Part shown: positions 60,278 to 64,000 of the stretch, in pieces
How the letters are laid out: every line of letters begins with the position of its first letter
How positions within the stretch are numbered: the first letter of the stretch is position 1
Origin: an uncultured Actinomycetota bacterium
GTDB lineage: Bacteria; Actinomycetota; UBA4738; HRBIN12
DNA length: 64,000 nucleotides
Assembly: GCA_963733635.1 (NCBI GenBank)
Contig: CAVTEH010000003.1
Location: forward strand, 352,574 to 416,573
Reading direction: 5' to 3'
The notes under the pieces: generated by a model
What the model was told of the DNA's origin: nothing
The model's database searches: none
What the model saw: only the letters and a program-made list of their open reading frames with translations
Made by a program: the position numbers and the translations under genes

Positions 60278-61296
60278 CTAGGACTTGGCGGCGACGTGCT
60301 CGGCGATCGCGGGCAGGACCTTCTCGCCATACGCCTGCAGGGTCTCGTCCTTGGCATCGTGCTGAAGGTAGACGGCGAATTGATCGACGCCCAGGGCATG
60401 CAGTTCCTTCAGTCGCCTCACGTGCTCGGCGACCGGGCCAAGGATGCAGAAGCGGTCGACGATGTCGTCGGGCACGAACGCGGTGTGGACGTTGCCCACC
60501 TGGCCGTGCTCGTTGTAGTCGTAGCCTTGGCGGCCCTTGATGTACTCGGTGAGCGCCGCCGGCACCTCGGAGCTCTCGCCGTAGCGCGCCACGATGTCGG
60601 CCACATGGTTGCCGACCATGCCGCCGAACCACCGGCACTGGTCGCGCGCGTACGCGAGGTCGATCGCCCACGAACGCAGGTGCGGCGACGCAGATCGTGA
60701 CCTCGGCGGGATCGCGCCCTGCCTCCTCCGCCGCGCGTCGCACCGCCCCGATCGTCCACGCGGCGATGTCGGGATCGGCGAGCTGCAGGATGAAGCCGTC
60801 GCCCACTTCGCCGATCAGCTTGAGCGCCTTCGGGCCGTAGCCCGGCCATCCAGACCTCCGCCCGGCTCTTGGACGCCCATGGGAACCTGAGCGTGGAGCC
60901 TCGATACGACACCTCCCGCCCGTTCGCGAGCTCGCGGATCACGTGAACCGACTCGCCCAATGCCGCGAGCGTCGACGGCTTGCCATTGATGACGCGAACC
61001 GCCGAGTCCCCGCGGCCGATGCCGATCACCGTGCGGTTGCCGAACATCTCGTTGAGCGTGGCGAACAGGCTGGCCGTCACCGTCCAGTCGCGTGTGAGCG
61101 GGTTGGTGACCATGGGCCCGACGGTGACGGTGCGGGTCTCGGACAGGATCCGCGTGTAGATGGGGAACGGTTCCTCCCACAACAGGTGGCTGTCGAAGGT
61201 CCACACGTGGCTGAACCCGTACGTCTCGGCCCTCTTCGCCAGGTCGACCACTCGCGCGCTCGGCGGGGTGGTCTGCAGCACGACGCCGATGTCCAT
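60278..61296 (-). CDS. LLM-class (luciferase-like, probably F420-dependent) oxidoreductase, frameshifted over 3 frames
   Basis: MDIGVVLQTTPPSARVVDLAKRAETYGFSHVWTFDSHLLWEEPFP...IGIGRGDSAVRV / GYGPKALKLIGEVGDGFILQLAD / FVPDDIVDRFCILGPVAEHVRRLKELHALGVDQFAVYL. Confidence 0.7.
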
Positions 61297-61312
61297 GGGT
61301 GCGCTCCTCTCG

Positions 61313-62751
61313 TCACACGAGGTACTGCGACAGGCCGCGTTCGATGAACCGGCCGTGGCCCTTGCGACCGACGTAGGCGTCGTCCTCGATCACGACCGTG
61401 CCGCGGCTGAGAACGGTGTCGACCTTGCCGTCGACGACGAAGCCCTCGTACGCCGAGTAGTCCATGTTCATGTGGTGCTTGTCGTTGACGCCGATCGTCG
61501 TCGGCCGCGCCGGGTCCCACACGACGACGTCGGCATCGGCGCCCGGGGCGACGATGCCCTTGCGTGGATACATGCCGAACATGCGCGCCGGCGTGGTGCA
61601 GCAGGTCTCGACCCATCGCTCCAGGCTGAGCTGGCCGGTCACGACGCCCTGGTACAGCAGCTCCATGCGGTGCTCGACGCCGCCGATGCCGTTGGGGATC
61701 TTCGAGAAGTCGCCCAGGCCCAGCTCCTTCTGGTCCTTGAAGCAGAACGGGCAGTGGTCGGTGGAGACGACCGCCAGCTCGTTCATGCGCAGGCCCATCC
61801 ACAGGCTGTCCTGGTGGTGGTGCTCGTCGTTCGGCGAGCGCAGCGGGGTGGAGCAGACCCACTTCGCGCCCTCGAAACCGGGGCGCGCGAGCGTCTCCTC
61901 GAGCGTCAGCCACAGGTACTGCGGACAGGTCTCGGCGAACACGTTGCGGCCCGCGTGCCGCGCCGCGGCGATCTCCTCCAGCGCGTCGCCGGCCGACATG
62001 TGCACGACGTAGAGCGGCACGTTGCCGGCCACCTTGGCGAGCACGATCGCTCGATGGGTCGCTTCGGCCTCCAGATCGGGAGGGTCGCGTGTCGGCGTGG
62101 TAGCGCGGGTCGGTGTCGCCGCGCGCGAGCGACTGGGCCACCAGCACGTCGATCGCGATGCCGTTCTCGGCGTGCATCATCATCATCGCGCCGCACTCCG
62201 ACGCGGTCTGCATCGCCCGCAGGATCTGGCCGTCGTCGCTGTAGAACACGCCGGGGTAGGCCATGAACAGCTTGAAGCTCGTCACGCCCTCGTGCTCGGT
62301 GAGGTAGCGGATCGCCTTCAGCGACTCGTCGTCGACCCCGCCGATGATCTGGTGGAAGCCGTAGTCGATCGCGCACTCGCCGTCGGCCTTGCGGTGCCAT
62401 TCGGCGAGGCCTGCCTGCACGCTCTCGCCGGTGCGCTGCAGCGGCGAAGTCGACGATCGTGGTGACGCCGCCCCACGCCGCGGCGCGCGTGCCCGTCTCG
62501 AAGGTGTCGGAGGCGAACGTGCCCCCGAACGGCAGCTCCATGTGCGTGTGCACGTCGATGCCGCCCGGGATCACGTACTTGCCGCTGGCGTCGATCGTCG
62601 TGTCTCGTGCGTCGCGCGGCATCGGCGAAGAACCCCGGCGCGCCGACGGCCGCGATCGTCTCGCCGTCGATCAACACGTCGGCGGGCTCGACGCCGGTGG
62701 GCGAGATGACCTTCCCGTTCGTGATCAGCGTCCGTGCTCATCGCGGTCCGG
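61313..62751 (-). CDS. Dihydropyrimidinase / D-hydantoinase (cyclic amidohydrolase), frameshifted
   Basis: LIDGETIAAVGAP / VIPGGIDVHTHMELPFGGTFASDTFETGTRAAAWGGVTTIVDFA / MMMHAENG / native C-terminus VVHMSAGDALEEI...VSTDHCPFCFKDQKELG...VVWDPARP. Confidence 0.75.
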
Positions 62752-62796
62752 TCCTTCCCTGCTCGTGGGCTCGGCGGCTCGTCCCCGGCCTACTCC

Positions 62797-63641
62797 TCAT
62801 CGCGCGACGATGTCGTCGTAGGCGTCGGGCCGTCGGTCCCGGTAGAACGCCCAGCGGTCGCGGACCTCGCGGATCTTGTCCAGGTCCAGGTCGCGCACGA
62901 TCAGCTCGGGCTTGTGCGCGTCACCGACCTCGCCGACGAACTTGCCCTCGGGGTCCACGAAGTAGCTCTGCCCGTAGAAGTCGTTGTCGCCGAGCGGCTC
63001 GATGCCCACGCGGTTGATCGCGCCCACGTAGTACATGTTCGCGACGGCCGCGGCCGGCTGCTCGACCCGCCAGATGTACTCGCTGAGCCCGCGATGCGTG
63101 GCGGACGGATTGAACACGATCTCGGCGCCGCGCAGCCCCAGCATGCGCCAGCCCTCGGGGAAGTGGCGGTCGTAGCAGATGTAGACGCCCACCTTGCCCA
63201 CGGCGGTCTCGAAGATCGGGTACCCGCCGGTGCCGGGCGTGAAGTAGAACTTCTCCCAGAAGCCCTGCACCTGCGGGATGTGCTGCTTGCGGTACTTGCC
63301 CAGGTAGCTGCCGTCGGCGTCGATGACTGCCGCGGTGTTGAAGTACTGGCCGGCCTGCACGATCTCGTACATGGGCAGAACCATGACCATGCCCAGCTCC
63401 TTGGCGATGCTCTGGAACCGCTGCGTGGTAGGTCCGTCGGGGATGGGCTCGGTGTAGCTCGTAGTACTGGGCGTCCTGCACCTGGCAGAAGTACGGGCCC
63501 GTAGAACAGCTCCTGGAAGCAGATGACCTGCGCGCCCTGCGCGGCGGCCTCACGCGCCGCCTCCTCGTGCTTGTCGATCATCTTCTCCTGGTCGCCGGCC
63601 CAGTCGGTCTGCAGTAGCGCCGCTTTCACGGTGGTGGACAT
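62797..63641 (-). CDS. Nitrilase-superfamily amidase of the beta-ureidopropionase / N-carbamoyl-D-amino-acid hydrolase type, frameshifted
   Basis: MSTTVKAALLQTDWAGDQEKMIDKHEEAAREAAAQGAQVICFQELFYGP / VGVYICYDRHFPEGWRMLGLRGAEIVFNPSAT. Confidence 0.7.
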
Positions 63642-63725
63642 AGCTCGCTCTCCTCGCTCGACGTTCGCCTCCAGTCTCGCACGCCGGTGCGCGGCCGTGC
63701 CCGCCGGCGCGGTAGGCTCTCGCCC

Positions 63726-64000
63726 ATGAGTCGCGCCGACACGATCGCTGCGTTGAAGGCTGTGCCGCTGTTCCAGCACTGCTCGGGGCGTCAGCTCCGT
63801 CGCATCGCGGAGCTGGGGGGCGAGGCTCGCTTCGAGGCGGGTCGCAACGTCTGCGAGGAAGGCAAGTTCGCCGACGAGTTCTTCGTGATCTTGGGGGGGC
63901 ACGCAGAGGTCCGCAAGAGCGGACGGAAGCGGGGCACCCTGGGACCGGGCGACTACTTCGGCGAGATCGCCCTGTTGCGGTCGTCGCTGATCGAGCGGAG
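63726..64000 (+). CDS. Cyclic-nucleotide-binding domain protein (Crp/Fnr-type cNMP domain), 3' end off the window
   Basis: LKAVPLFQHCSGRQLRRIAELGGEARFEAGRNVCEEGKFADEFFVILGGHAEVRK...GPGDYFGEIALL. Confidence 0.7.
   Translation, partial: MSRADTIAALKAVPLFQHCSGRQLRRIAELGGEARFEAGRNVCEEGKFADEFFVILGGHAEVRKSGRKRGTLGPGDYFGEIALLRSSLIER

Noticed and set aside
1-64000. CRISPR arrays, rRNA, tRNA, integrase/transposase, prophage structural genes
   Set aside because: No repeat-spacer periodicity, no rRNA-like conserved stretches and no GGTTCGAATCC-type T-loop motifs were noticed by eye, and there were no recognisable integrase or transposase translations. tRNAs cannot be fully excluded without a covariance search.

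Overview
This is a high-GC (about 70%+) actinobacterial-type chromosomal segment, densely coding on both strands. I found no rRNA, tRNA, CRISPR array, integrase or transposase by eye. Content by region follows.

- 0-12 kb: a signalling and miscellaneous block.
  - an MFS/HEAT fusion transporter;
  - two large class III nucleotide cyclases (one cyclase+STAND-NTPase+TPR, one TPR+cyclase);
  - a homocysteine S-methyltransferase;
  - an Eis-like GNAT acetyltransferase;
  - a CocE/NonD hydrolase.
- 12.3-20 kb: a molybdenum-hydroxylase operon (FAD, 2Fe-2S and Mo subunits) fused to a four-gene module: 6-hydroxynicotinate-reductase-like, UPF0280, amino-acid-synthesis family and enamidase-like amidohydrolase. 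It lies next to two toxin-antitoxin pairs, nicotinamidase pncA and a cupin. Together this reads as a nicotinamide/nicotinate or related N-heterocycle catabolic island.
- 22.3-30.7 kb: a Liv-type branched-chain ABC importer (livJFHMG), an RpiR regulator, a glutamine-synthetase-like ligase and an amidohydrolase-2 enzyme, suggesting a gamma-glutamylation-type amine catabolic module.
- 30.7-36 kb: a response regulator, ROK kinase, MBL hydrolase, PAS protein, GcvT-like aminomethyltransferase and a membrane adenylate cyclase.
- 36-49 kb: an accessory-like island.
  - four TA pairs, tallied as MazEF, BrnTA and VapBC x2 (PIN vapC genes at 43855-44289 and 48847-49233);
  - XRE and TetR regulators;
  - an ABC exporter;
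  - Mth938-like and PPOX-like genes;
  - a pair of paralogous proteins sharing an unrecognised Cys-rich domain, one fused to an EAL c-di-GMP phosphodiesterase domain;
  - palindromic operator repeats.
- 49-64 kb:
  - a GerW/YtfJ protein, an SQR-like flavoprotein and a MmcQ/YjbR protein;
  - a frameshifted DUF222/HNH (REP13E12-like) element next to an MFS gene remnant;
  - a HAMP cyclase, a FIST protein and another cyclase;
  - a haem-binding-domain protein, VOC proteins and an LLM F420-type oxidoreductase;
  - a dihydropyrimidinase plus beta-ureidopropionase/carbamoylase pair;
  - the start of a cNMP-binding protein.

A striking technical feature is the very uneven distribution of apparent frameshifts. 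There are dozens in 12-27 kb, 46.7-47.7 kb and 50-63.6 kb, and almost none in several multi-kb ORFs. Several sit at short mononucleotide runs. This is more consistent with local assembly or sequencing indels than with true pseudogenes, but it needs read-level checking. Hand-derived coordinates may be off by 1-3 nt.
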